DNA from: Azolla caroliniana
Taxonomy: Eukaryota > Plantae > Polypodiophyta
DNA: 64,000 nucleotides
NCBI GenBank assembly: GCA_043228905.1
Contig: JBHGNT010000001.1
Span: 34,968,001 to 35,032,000 of the forward strand
Direction: 5' to 3'
Below, in pieces: positions 24,306 to 36,697 of this stretch (position 1 is its first letter; each line of letters starts with the position of its first letter). Both the position numbers and the translations under genes were made by a program. The notes below the pieces were generated by a model. The model was not told the origin of the DNA, made no database searches, and saw only the letters and a program-made list of their open reading frames with translations.

Positions 24306-26632
24306 CATAGATTGTTGGAAACATATTTGTGGGGGTTACCAAACGAATGCATATGAATACGCATAAGAATACATGAAAAAATATTTTTTTTTAAAAAGAG
24401 GTCATACTTTTTAGTTTTTTAAAATATTGTGGTGTGCATGTGTTCCTTTGTGCCACCCTTTTAGCTCACCCTTTTTAGGATGCGTGTGCCCAAAATAACC
24501 CACCCTTTCAGCACACCCTTTTTAGCCAAGCCAACCCAAATGGGTTCCGTTGTATCAACTATAAATTGATTAAGAAGTACGAAGCTAAGTAGACTGGTTT
24601 TGATCTCTTATGTGCATTTCACATATTGGTGGAGATGCAGGGTACCAACCCCCACATCCAAGCATCCACCTCTTTTGCTTCGTAGGTAGCATCGCCCTCG
24701 CCACTGTCACCGACACTCTTGTTAGTCTCTTGTAGTAGTATCTCTTCCATTAGCACCGCCTTAGTTCATTAGTTAGGCCTCCCCACATCCATCGCTTCCT
24801 CCATCCAAGTCTTTTTTTGCGATCGCCATCTATACCTCTCTAGCACGCAAGCCCACTACACCTTCACCTTAGACACTCTCACTTTCTCACACCACTTTTA
24901 TGTCTTGCCCCACCAACTCTTCCCCCTCACCTTAGGTTGCCCACTAACTTCTTGTCCCATAAGTTTCACTTATCCCCCTCCTACATGATAGCCCTCCTGT
25001 CCCCCACCTCAGCCAAGTCCAGGTGGCCATTAGTCCACAAGAGTGATTGATCTTTCTTTGCCAAATGATCTTTTCCCCAATTCCCCTCTAACATGATAGC
25101 CCTCTTGTGCCCCACCTCAGCCAAGTCCAGGGGGCCCTCAGTCCATAGGAGCGATTGATCTTTGCCGCCATATGATCTTTCCTCGATCCCCCTCCGACAC
25201 GATAGCCCTCCTGTCCCCCACCTCAGCAAAGTCTCGGTGGACCTTAGTCCACAGGAGTGATTGATCTCTATTCGCCGATTGCTAGCTCGTTTTCCGTCAC
25301 TAGCCCCGTCCAACTATCAAGGCCAACGGTTCCACGGGGATGTCCTCAACGTCGTTGCAACTCAACTACATGTCCGTAGATGTTTAAATCCCCACGCCAT
25401 CTTCACCGAACGCCTCAACAAGACCCTCAAACACGAGATGGCTGCATAAATCAACCCTTTTCGAGCACTCTATGGGCATAACCCTCGCCTCACACTAGAA
25501 TCATCCATGGATTTCCATTTGAAACTTGCCATCCGATGCTCCCCCTCCTTCGACAAGCCACTGTTCTTGTTCTTGTTCTTGTTCTTGTTCATGTACCTGT
25601 CATGTTCTTGTTCATGCCCCTCAATCTCTTGTTTCTCGCAGGGGGGAAATGTGGTGTGCACGTGTTCCTTTGTGCCACCCTTTTATCTCACCCTTTTTAG
25701 GATGCGTGTGCCCAAAATGACCCACCCTTTTTAACCAAGCCAACCCAAATGGGTTTTGTTGCATCAACTATAAATTGATTAAGAAGTAAGAAGCTAAGTA
25801 GACTGGTCATGATCTCTTATGTGCATTTCACAATATCATATAACAAAGAGACTTTCACATTGAATAGGGGATATTTAACTTCACATTAAAAAGGAGACTT
25901 ACACTAAATAATATTTGTATAATATAGATGAAAAACTTAAAAGCTATTTTATTTTATTTTAAATAATAAAAAATAAAAGGTTCATTAGTTCCCCACTTTT
26001 TACTCTCCCACAAAAATTGATATTTTTATCTGTTATTAAAAGGGGACCTCACGCTAATAATATTTTTAGAATAGATATAAAACTTAAATTTTGTTTTATT
26101 TTTTAATAAAACAAAAAATAAATAAAAGTTACCCATAAATTTCATATTTTTATCTCACATTAAAAAGGGGACCTCACACTGATAATATTTTTAGAATAGA
26201 TATAAAACTTAAATGTATTTGTTTTATTTCTTAATAAAGCAATAAATAAATAAAAATATGTAAATAAATAGAATAAATAAAAGGTTCCCATAAAATTGCG
26301 TATTTTTATCTCACATTAAAAAGGGGACCTGACACTAATAATATTCTTATAATAGATGAAAAACATAAAAGTATTTGTTTTATTTTTAATAAAACAATAA
26401 AAATAATAAATAAATAAAAGCTTCATTAATTCCTACTTTTTACTCTCTTGACATTAAAAAGGGGATCTCACACTAATAATATTTCTATATAATAGATGTA
26501 AAAATATTATTTTTTTAATAATAAATAATAAATAAATACACAAATGGTTCTATAATATTTTTGGGGTCATTTCGTATTCTCGAATATTACGGATGTCGAA
26601 TACTACGAATATCACGCATGGGTCAATCTATG
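24306..26632. mobile_element. Older hAT-type non-autonomous element (CATAGATTG...CAATCTATG), interrupted by TRIM-like copy 2
   Basis: Terminal and subterminal sequence (CGAATA motifs, ACATTAAAAAGGGGACCTCACACTAATAAT repeats at 25880-26490) is shared with the intact element at 57613-58283. No TSD recognisable. Confidence 0.7.
24428..25832 (+). mobile_element. Small non-autonomous LTR element (TRIM-like), copy 2
   Basis: LTRs 24428-24623 and 25650-25832 (13-bp deletion in the latter); PBS TGGTGGAGATGCAGGGT; same PPT as copy 1; 4-bp TSD ATAT; about three ~107-bp repeats and an integrase-like relic inside. Confidence 0.93.
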
Positions 26633-27524
26633 GTTGGAATATTTATGGTGCCAGATCTTGTGGGTTAAGTGGCTCAATAAATATAGACCCATTGTTGTGA
26701 CAAAACCATCCCCATGTCTCAAGGAGGGGCAAGTTCATACCTTGTTGTTATATGGCGTAGGCTACAATAGCAAGTTGAGCTTTTGTTTAGCAATGATCTC
26801 AAATTCAAAATAATATAATTGAGTGAAGAGAGGCAAGTCATAAAAGTGAAAATGCTAGGAATTGGGACTACAACTTGGTCATCTAGCCTATTGGTAAACT
26901 AGTCATCATGCTTAGTCCTCGCCAATTTGTTTTGAAGGGTATGGTTGAGTTAGAGCAATCAATGAAGTTTGAGAAAATGTTGGTTGCATCAAGTTTATTT
27001 GCATTGTTGTTGTGGATAGGTAGATCAATAATCACAATTGTTGTCGAGGGTTCACATGCTCATCAGGTATTTGAATGGGAGGCCTTTCTTATGGATGGCA
27101 TCTAATAGGCATGATCTTCACCATTCAATCATTGTATAGTGCGTGGTGCTGGAGTCATAGGGTGATGGGACAGGGCTAGACTTTAGGAGGATGAGATAAG
27201 TTGAACATCTTGTGGGAGGTAGTTGGACTCTCCTTCGTCAAAGGGGATTGAATGACAATTGAGAGATAAATAGATAGATTCAAAGGGGAGAGTAGAAAAT
27301 GACTCTCCTTCCTCAAAGACTAACCTTATCACTTAGGGTTTTGCCTTTTGATTGAAGCTCAAGATAATAATTAAAAGAACCACCTAAAAGGAACAACCCC
27401 TCTAAAAACCCAAATTAAGGTTTATAGTAAAAGGAGGGAAAGGCTACATTGATGATCACCTTCATAAAACTACTCCTTTTCTTACCTAGCTTCATCTTAC
27501 ACGTGGCCCACGACCTTACATAAC

Positions 27525-27969
27525 AATCAACATCAGTTTGGTTTGGTTCGAGAGTGTCCAAACTGAACCGTTAAAATTTTTTGAAACCTAAACTAAACCG
27601 AACCACGAAACAATTAAACCAAATTGCTAGGTAAAAAACCAAACCATTAAACCGTGGTTTCATGGTTCAGTTTCAGTTTTCAACTTAAGCTAAATTTCAA
27701 ATTTCAAATTTTTAAAAATTTTCATTATTTCAAATTTTAATTTTTCAAAATTTTAAAGATTTCTCCTAAAATGTGAGAATTGGGCTTAAAAATAAAAAGG
27801 TTGTTTTTAACAATTTTAAAAAATTAAAAATATTTAAAAACCATTAAACCGTGGTTTCAAACCTTTAAAACCAAACCGTTCACCCCCAAACCAAACCAAA
27901 CCAAATCGTTTAAGCCATTAAGCCGCAGTTTCCTAGTTCGGTTCAGTTCAAACCGAACTGTTGTTGATT
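27525..27969. mobile_element. MITE-like inverted-repeat element with AAACCG/CGGTTT subterminal motifs
   Basis: Ends AATCAACATCAGTTTGGTTT / AAACCGAACTGTTGTTGATT (20 bp, 2 mismatches); AT-rich core; no clear TSD. Confidence 0.6.
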
Positions 27970-28445
27970 TTAGCTTAACACTCAAATTACATTCTCATTA
28001 AGTAATTTATATACATTGTGAGGCTATATCTTAATATCCCCCAAAAACCTTCATAATATTTATATTTTATAAATTAAGGAAGGATTATATGTACATTTTA
28101 AGGAAAGGTTTCCATTATTATAAAGTGAGAATCAATTATTTGGGATGAGTTTTCTTATTTCATCAATCTAGTATGTACATGGTATGACAAATCAAGCCCG
28201 ATGATGGTGAGTTTACAAATGAGCACTACGCCAATACATTAGCGCCTAATAAGTGTTCTTTTGAAAACATATTTATGGATTAAACATCTTGGTGTTTACA
28301 ACGTTCATAACAAATTGAATCCTTGAAGTTGTAATATATACAAACGAACAATGGGATGTTTAGCCATTAATTGATAATTACAAAACCTTTTTTCACCCTC
28401 AATTCAATCATAGTTTGATAAATTTGTCATGATCATCAAGTTTAT

Positions 28446-31400
28446 TTAGTGGAAGAATATATGTTCCCTCTTTCTATTAACAATAATCCACAAAAGGATA
28501 GATAGCATGAAGCCTCCAGAAATCAAAGCTAATCCAATATATTGCCACTTGAGATCTTCTCGAAGGTTGTCACAATGTTGTTCACGTATCACAGTGAAGG
28601 CATCACGCACAAAGTTGCAATTTGCGAGATCAAGAAGGAAGGGGATATTTTCAATGAGCCCATTGAGAACATTTAAAGATAGGTTTAGTTCATTGTATAT
28701 TGTTGTGTTTAGCTTGCCTCCTAGCATACAAGTCGTGCTTGGGGATGTGGCGTTACTAGGACACACATAAAGTGACCATGCCTGCAACAAGATTTTGAGC
28801 CATAAAACCCCTGCACGTTGATGTTTATCAATCATGATCTATGTTTACTAGAAAGTGACCAAGAACCTCACCTTAGATGCACCTGAAACATTGACACAAT
28901 TGGGGATGGAGAAACTAGTTTCCAAAGGATTGCATAACAATGGCAACCCTTTTGATGTTGACCCATTATTCAAGAGTTTTTGAATATTGTCATTGACCCC
29001 TGTGATAGTATCATTCACAAATAATTGTGTTTCATTCAATGCTCTGTCTGTTGTGTTGGTATCGATGCATGGTAAAATTTCTTTCAAGTTCGTGTTGGCT
29101 GAGGGGTTGGCAACCCATTCTTCCATTGCAACACATGTATCTCCCACTACACTGTTATGACAAGGGCTACATATTGTAAATACTCGAGTGTTGTTTTGGG
29201 TTCAATGTTTAGTTTTTAGGGTTTATAAGCATTTTTATCGACTACATAAACGTCTCACTTACTTATTGAGCATTATGTAAATCCCACATAGAATCCAAGT
29301 GGCCGCAATAAGAAACCAAACAATCACTATCAAGCTGCACATGCACAACACAAGCAAGATTAGGATGTTAGCACGTTTGGAGAAAGGGGGCATATATTAC
29401 AACCATATAATTGAAAGTGCATATTCAACTTGACATAACAAATACTTACATGTACATGAAAAATGTCATACCAAATGTCGAGAAAACTGCATAAGAATTT
29501 AGAAAATATAGTTTTAGAAACAAATGCATTTGAATCCACTATATTTATGGTACTATACGTGGATTCATGCCAAACATAATGAGCTTCAAGGAGAGGCTCT
29601 ACACACCCAACTAAATATGCACCATGCCTCTAGAAGCTCATTTTGTTCAACATAATAGGGAAACAAATATGGGTGAAAAGTGGGCTTTTCCTATTTTGGA
29701 TAATAACTAAACCATTCCGTGATTAAGTGTTGGAAGTGAAGGCTCTTCATACCAAATCCAAGGAGAATAAAAAACAACATTACTCCAGCTACCACCATCA
29801 TTATAAGACGTCTGTAAGATGAAGAATTCATGACAATGATCTTCTCATTAGTTCATTGGTGTGATTCAAATATTATATAAAGCACCAATGAGACAAAATG
29901 AAAACAAAAATCAAAGTCTTACACCAAATCCAACACATCTCTAATGCGTTTAGCATTATCTTTTGTTTGTTGTTCCAAGGTGCCTGATGCATCGTTTAAA
30001 TCATAGCTTAGTTTTCCAAGTTTTTGTTGATTGGAAGTTGATACAATATATGTCATGGCTACTAATGTTTGAGATTGGTTAAGGTAAGATGAAGTATTTC
30101 GCAAGTTAACGACCACATTGTTTGACTTGTCAACAACATAATCTATTGTAGCATCCAACTCTTTATGTGTCTTTGCTTGGTAGATATACACCAGTACACT
30201 ACCCACCCTGTGTTATCGAAGGACATAATAGTATTAGAAATAGTGTATTATGCATGCCAACATGTATTTAATAAATGTGTATGTACATATGTATATATGT
30301 ATGTATGTATATGTATGTTGTGTGTGTGTGTGTGTGTCTGTTTGTAAGTACATATGCGAGAATGTGGGACATATGAAAAGGAGTCCTATTTCACCACTTA
30401 AACCCATTGTATGTGTACATGTATGTTTGTGTGTATGCATGAACGTAAAACAAAACAAATAAATTGTTTTATCACTTATATACACTTATGTGTGCACATA
30501 TACACATGTGTAAGTACATTGATGTACGTAGGTATTGATGTGCAAAGACTATATTTGATCCAATGAAGAAATAATGGGGGCTTGAACAATAAAACATATA
30601 GCTTCAATGATGAAGTACTTAGTTAAGATTACACAACTACTTACAGTGTGGCGATGGTGAATAGTAGCAAGAACACAATAGGCAAGAGCACACCACCATT
30701 GTGGGATCCCTTGAGATTATTACTACAACAACAACAACAACAACATAGAGCCACCACGCTGGCAAAGCCTAACAACAACCATAGAGCTGCAAGGATAATG
30801 CCGGGTTCTGCTGTATAGCCAACCGACTGCAAAGTGAGAACCAAACTATTAACCGAATACAAATTTAGAATCAAGTATGAACATACTCTCTCTTCGCAAT
30901 TTTGGAAATTTCCTTGAGAGAACCAAAATGCCAATAAATTACAAATTCAGAGTCAACCATGAACATGTCCCTCTCTCTCTTACTCTACCAACCTAGTAAT
31001 AGGTCATATCTTTAGTACCATAGTCAACATGGTTGAAATTTGGTCATAGATGACACCACACAATGTATGAAGAAGTTGGTCACATTACCTCTCTCTTGCT
31101 CTCTTTATATCATAGCTCTCTCCAGTCTACTTATGAACAACAGTCTACTTATGGACAAACTCAAAGTCCAAAGCAATCAAGATCTACATGAAGAAAGTTG
31201 GAGACCATTGACAATTTTATAAATCTTGATGCTTAAAGACTCTATACGTGAACAAAAACAAAAACAGAGACCCTCATTATCCTTATTATACTTGGACAAT
31301 ACCAAGTATACTCTAAGCTACTCTTGAAATTGACTATATCATAACCACCAAGATTTTTACATGTTGGATAAAGCCACACATCATATTTATGTAGACTCTT

Positions 31401-32837
31401 TGATGGTGGAATGCCATAGAACATAGTTATAGCTAAATGCTCACATCCACCAAAGTCTTGAGTAGATGACAATTTAGTCCAAGCCTCTTCAAACTCGATA
31501 GGGAGAAACCCTAATAAAACTATAGTTATTTGGACATGATGGCAATCCAAAAGTCACGCAACCGTAAACCCTCCAAAAAGTTCGATGGACAAATCTATCT
31601 AGACATTATTTGATGCGATTGTGCACTGATAAAACCATCCAATATTTCAATGCCATCCCTCTCTCAAAGCAACAATAGCACTTACAGCCCAATAGTGCCC
31701 GCTTTTTATATCCCAACCATTCCTATAGGTATTGAAGTTATCAAGTGGATCTCGTCTTGCAGTTCGATCTTTTGCCAAGATAAAGACATTGGTTGACACT
31801 GGGGTGGAATTTGTTGCTTGCATTAATGCACGTCCATATCTTGTCGGCCATTCTGATGCAAACAAATAAGAGAGTGTATTGGGCATGGATTAATCCATAA
31901 TCATATCACATTTGTATCATCATCAATCATAATTCAAAGATTAACACATTGAGTGCCAAGTATAATTTAAAGTGATTAGGGTTTTATGTTACTATGAGGC
32001 CCAATTCATGATTAATCCAGAATCACATTTACTTCAGCCATAATTTAGTGACATTTAATACAACTTGGCACGATTAATGGGGCTCTAAAGTAGAGATCTT
32101 ATAATCTAATTTTCTGGACTAATGTCAAACCAAGCAACTAAACTTTCATAAAATTTATGATTAAGGTGCACAATTTGTGATCACCTTGTATTGAGATGTA
32201 TTAATTAAGGTGCAAGATTTTTGATTTAGCAAACATAAAGAGCTATAAGTTGAAATTATTAGGATATTAAGATTTAAAACCCTGTGATTAGCGGGGTATT
32301 AGGGTACATGACTAGTGTGATGAACGAGGAATTGTGATCGGTGATTAGCTGAGATATTTGGCTTGTAACTGAAATCGTAGTGATTACTAGACAAATGCTT
32401 TGGCTGTGATTAAGAGCAAAACTCGTGAATAGTGAGTTTGATTAGGCACAAAAGTTGTGATTAGGCGATTGAATAGGTAAGAAAGTTGTGATTAATGAGT
32501 TGATTAGGTACCCAAATTGTGATTCGTGGGTTGCAGAATAGGTGCGAAAGCTGTGATTCAGGTGCGAGAAAAATGATTAATGGGTTGATTAAGTTTATAA
32601 AAACGAAGGTAAAATGTCATGCTTAGATAGTTAACATTTATAATAATCAAAAAAATATTGGGATCAAGTACCTTGGGCGACGGCTGAAGAATGAGAAGAT
32701 TGCAAGCGCCTCGAATTAGGGATGCCATTTACTAGTGGAACAGAGCAAAGTAGTAGCAGGAAGAAGAGGAAACAGAGGATCGAATTGAGAATCTGAGATG
32801 AATGAGATATGAAGATGGAAAGATTGATTGGTTTCAT
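28446..32837 (-). CDS. Multi-pass membrane protein of the conserved plant uncharacterised (Tweety-like) family, 9 exons
   Basis: GT-AG exons: 32837-32672 (signal-peptide-like), 31852-31686, 30826-30645, 30207-29923, 29811-29753, ~29486-29450, ~29335-29265, ~29151-28872, ~28781-28446; phase checked through exon 5. Motifs LAKDRTARRDPLDNF..Y..GWDI...HYWASVG, GDTCVAMEEWV.NP.A.T.L.EILPC, LPLLCNP, LLDLANCNFVRDAF, C-terminal TM. Confidence 0.88.
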
Positions 32838-35800
32838 CTGTCTCGATATATTTATGTTAAGACGCAGATAATCAGAAGTTTAGATAGAATAAAGACTGCG
32901 ATTAAAGTGGGGATCAAGAGCCTTGATTAAAGCAAAATAAAAACGTAAATAGAAAGGATTAGTTAAATTTGTTTATTCCTTCATAGACATTCTAAATCTA
33001 TGAAAGATTTCTTTAGATGTGACTTTGTTTTCATTTAAATTGGTGTTGGTTTATTTTTGGAAGAGATTGCTTTGCTTTACAATCACCTCAAAACACACAC
33101 AACACAACGGGGATTTGTTTATGCAAAGAAATTAAAATTGAATTTGATCAGAAAATCGAAAGAAAAAGAAATCAGAACTATGGGAAAAGAAAAACAAGAT
33201 AAAATGTAATTGGAAAAGGAAAATTAAAACTAAACCTACACACAAAGATTTGTTTATGCCAAAGAAATCAAAAAATTAAAAGATTTAGAAAACAGAAGCT
33301 ATAAATAATTTTTTTGAGAACAAGCTAAAATGTAATGGAAAAGGAAATTAAAAGTAAACAGAAAGAAATAAATTAGAAATAAAGAAACATAAAAAATGAA
33401 GACTTTTCTTTTTTTCTTTACAAAAGACTTTGAAAAAAAAAGTGGTTTAGTTTTTTAGATTTTTGTTTTTGTGAATTAAAATTTGAGTGGTTTTAGCCTA
33501 ATTGTAGGATATATAGCATATAATCCAACCATTAAATCAAGAGAGAGGAAAGAAAGAAATCAAATATGCCCTTTGCCTGTAGGTTATAGACAAAGACAGA
33601 AAACATGGCCCTTGTGAATACAACACCACCATCAATTTATTCACTTTGAAATTTAATAGAAAGGAGGAACTCTTCCATTATGTTCAACCCAACATGACAT
33701 TGCCATAATTCCTTTTAATATCACACTTCAAAAAGCCTTTTTTCTTTTTTAATCCCAAAAATCAAAAGGTGGGGGGATTGAGACATTAATCTTGTTTAAT
33801 AGATTTCTCTTGCTCCTTTTTTTCTCGGGTTTAGCATCATTTTTCTAGACCTTATTGATTAATCGCACCCACCCGTTTGATCGGTCATTGGACATCGACG
33901 TGTTTGTGTCCATGGAGTTGTTGACATTTCGTCACAGGTTGCCATGATAGCCAGGGTTGACATTTTAAACACTTTGCTTGGAAATATATCATAATGACAA
34001 TAACATCCTTACGCCGGCCTCAATTCTTGATCTTGACCGCAAGCCTACTTCACGCGGATGTGTTGGGCCCAAAATTCGCGTATTTCGACGAGGATTGACC
34101 ACCTTTCTTGTTTGTGGCATTTTCCATAAAATTGAGTGATCCCAAGTTAAATCCCAACCATGGTTGGGTCTTATCCATTGATCATATTTTCATTTGTCTC
34201 TCCTAGGGTTATTTCCATACTTAGCCTTTGAATCATACTCGTGATGATAACATTAAGGATGCTTGTATTGTAATTCATTTACAATAGGGTGAGAAATCAT
34301 GCATCGCAAGAGATTGCAAAAAATCCTTTAACACAAATTTTACAGAGGGTGAGGTAGAGTTGGTATATTCACATTTCTTGAACGATAAAAGTCGTAAGTG
34401 GGATGGATTAACAATTGAGTTCGTTGAGAAGAATGTACTTGAGTTGAAGAGCACTCCACTTTTTTGTCTCAACCCATTTTGGAGTTGGGATGACATTGCA
34501 TTGATTTAATAACGTTATTTTCTAAGATCCCATCTCCTTTGTCTTTTTGTGATTGGTGGCGGTGGCCTGTTTCCTTGAAAGGGGGGAATTTACAAGGCTT
34601 TTTATAAAGTCGTTCCTAACACATTGTAACTACTAACAATATATTTTTGTAAGGTTGCAAACATGAAGGGATATTTTGCATAATTAACAAAATGACCATG
34701 ATTCAACTCTATGTGCGAAAACACGTTCTAACACTTTTCTGTTTCACTAGAATAACATTTATGCTTTTGCAATATTACCTTCACTACCATTTCCAATTGA
34801 AATGGACTCGTGATATTTCATGTTTTTAGCAAGAATTAAATACATCACGACTACTATTAAATTTTGTTTATCTAAGAATCGCCAAACTCTTGACATAAAA
34901 ATGGTGCATAACATGTTATGCATTCAATACATTTGTTCCTTAAAAATGCATCTTACCTTAAAAATTAAATAAGTGTTTTTAATCGTTGGATTATTGAAAA
35001 TGAAACTCTAAAGCTACTTATTTTGGGAGCAAGGGGCGTAGATTTCAAAGCACAAGCTTTAGTTTAAACAAGTATTATTAATATGCTAGGTCAAAATTTT
35101 CAAATAACAAATCTCTATAACAATTACACATAGTTGAAAATAAAATGGAAAATTCTACAGCAAATCTCAATTAAGTAACGTTGGTTCTAACAACCACCAA
35201 TATTAATAGTCACGAACAAAGACCCACATATGTCTTAAATTAAGACATCCGGTGATTCCTTCACTAAAAAGTAGTCATGAAAACCATTCCCTACGATTGC
35301 TCCACCAAAAAAATAGCCTCTAGAATAGTGGCCTCATACAAATATCCAACTTTGTATTGGCAAATCTTGAATTGTGTTAAGTTGCACAACTAAATAATTG
35401 TTGTACCCAATTTGCACAATACAATCACAACAAACAATAGTCATTCTAGGTCACACCTTATATAAGTTTCCTTACATTGTTGCCTCTTCTTTCCATTCTA
35501 GGTGTTTGAATCACATTTTATGAACATTGTAACGTAAAGGAGGTGAACAAAAAAACAATCGGAAACAATCCCTAACACAATAAAAGCTTCTCTTTATTTC
35601 CTCGAAATGACCTCGAGTGTTTCATTATTTCCCTGAGATGCCAATGCTCTTTTTTCTCTGGTCTTATACCAAAAGAGAGACAAAGGGGATGGTGGGATGA
35701 TGAATGAATAACAATGGCCATAGAATGGGCTGAAAATGGACAGCCAGCCAACCAGAACCAAAGTACAAATAAACATCTTAATTTAGAGGTAAAAGTATAA

Positions 35801-36058
35801 TAGGCAGTCCACTCATCCATCTCCTCTGAATTCATAAAGACAACCAGAATGTTGTCCAGCTCCAGCTCCTCAGTTCTTCCCTCTACATATGCCTATATTT
35901 GATAGAGCTCATCCCATCCTTCTTAATATATAAATATGTATGTATGTATGTATGTATGTATGTGGTATGTATGTGAAGTGCAATACAATAATACACTACA
36001 TACATGCATGCATGCATGCATATATATACATGTCTTTTCACTTCTTCCCCTGTTTTCT

Positions 36059-36587
36059 CTATATGTTAAGTGCATTCAGGTTGCTTATGATGGTTTCCCA
36101 ACCAGCTTGAAGCCATGGCTTCTTATTGCTAGGGGGTGCAAATGTTAGCTCGAACATCTCCTTGGAGGCTTCCTTGTTAGGGTTCCAGAAGCCCATCACT
36201 CTGGCCACCACCTCTGCACTGGCTTGGAGATGGGCCTCATCATGTGGGTTTGTCCAAACCCTAAATGCCACTTGCATCTTCCTCTGCTTCCCACCCCTGT
36301 ACACACCCCACCGCTCATACATCTCCTCCCGTTCTTCCTCCCTCAGGCTCGTCCTCATCCTCTTGGCCACTTGCTCCCTCTCCCGCCTCACTAATCTCTG
36401 GCTGCACAATTCAGTATGCCAACACCACCATCAACACATCATGCATGCATATCCATCCACGCAAATGCGTTTGGAAAGTAACCAACAATGTATTCTATTG
36501 TATGTATGTATATGTATGCAAGTATGTATGCATATGTGTGCAAGTATGTATGCATATGTGTGCAAGTATGTATGGTATGTATGTATG

Positions 36588-36619
<32 letters not shown>

Positions 36620-36664
36620 TGTATGTATGTATATATGTATGCATATGTGTGCATGCATGTATGC

Positions 36665-36697
<33 letters not shown>

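Noticed and set aside
32672-32728. Alternative start MASLIRG for the membrane protein
   Set aside because: Gives the wrong phase at the first intron; the ATG at 32837 gives the right phase and a signal peptide.
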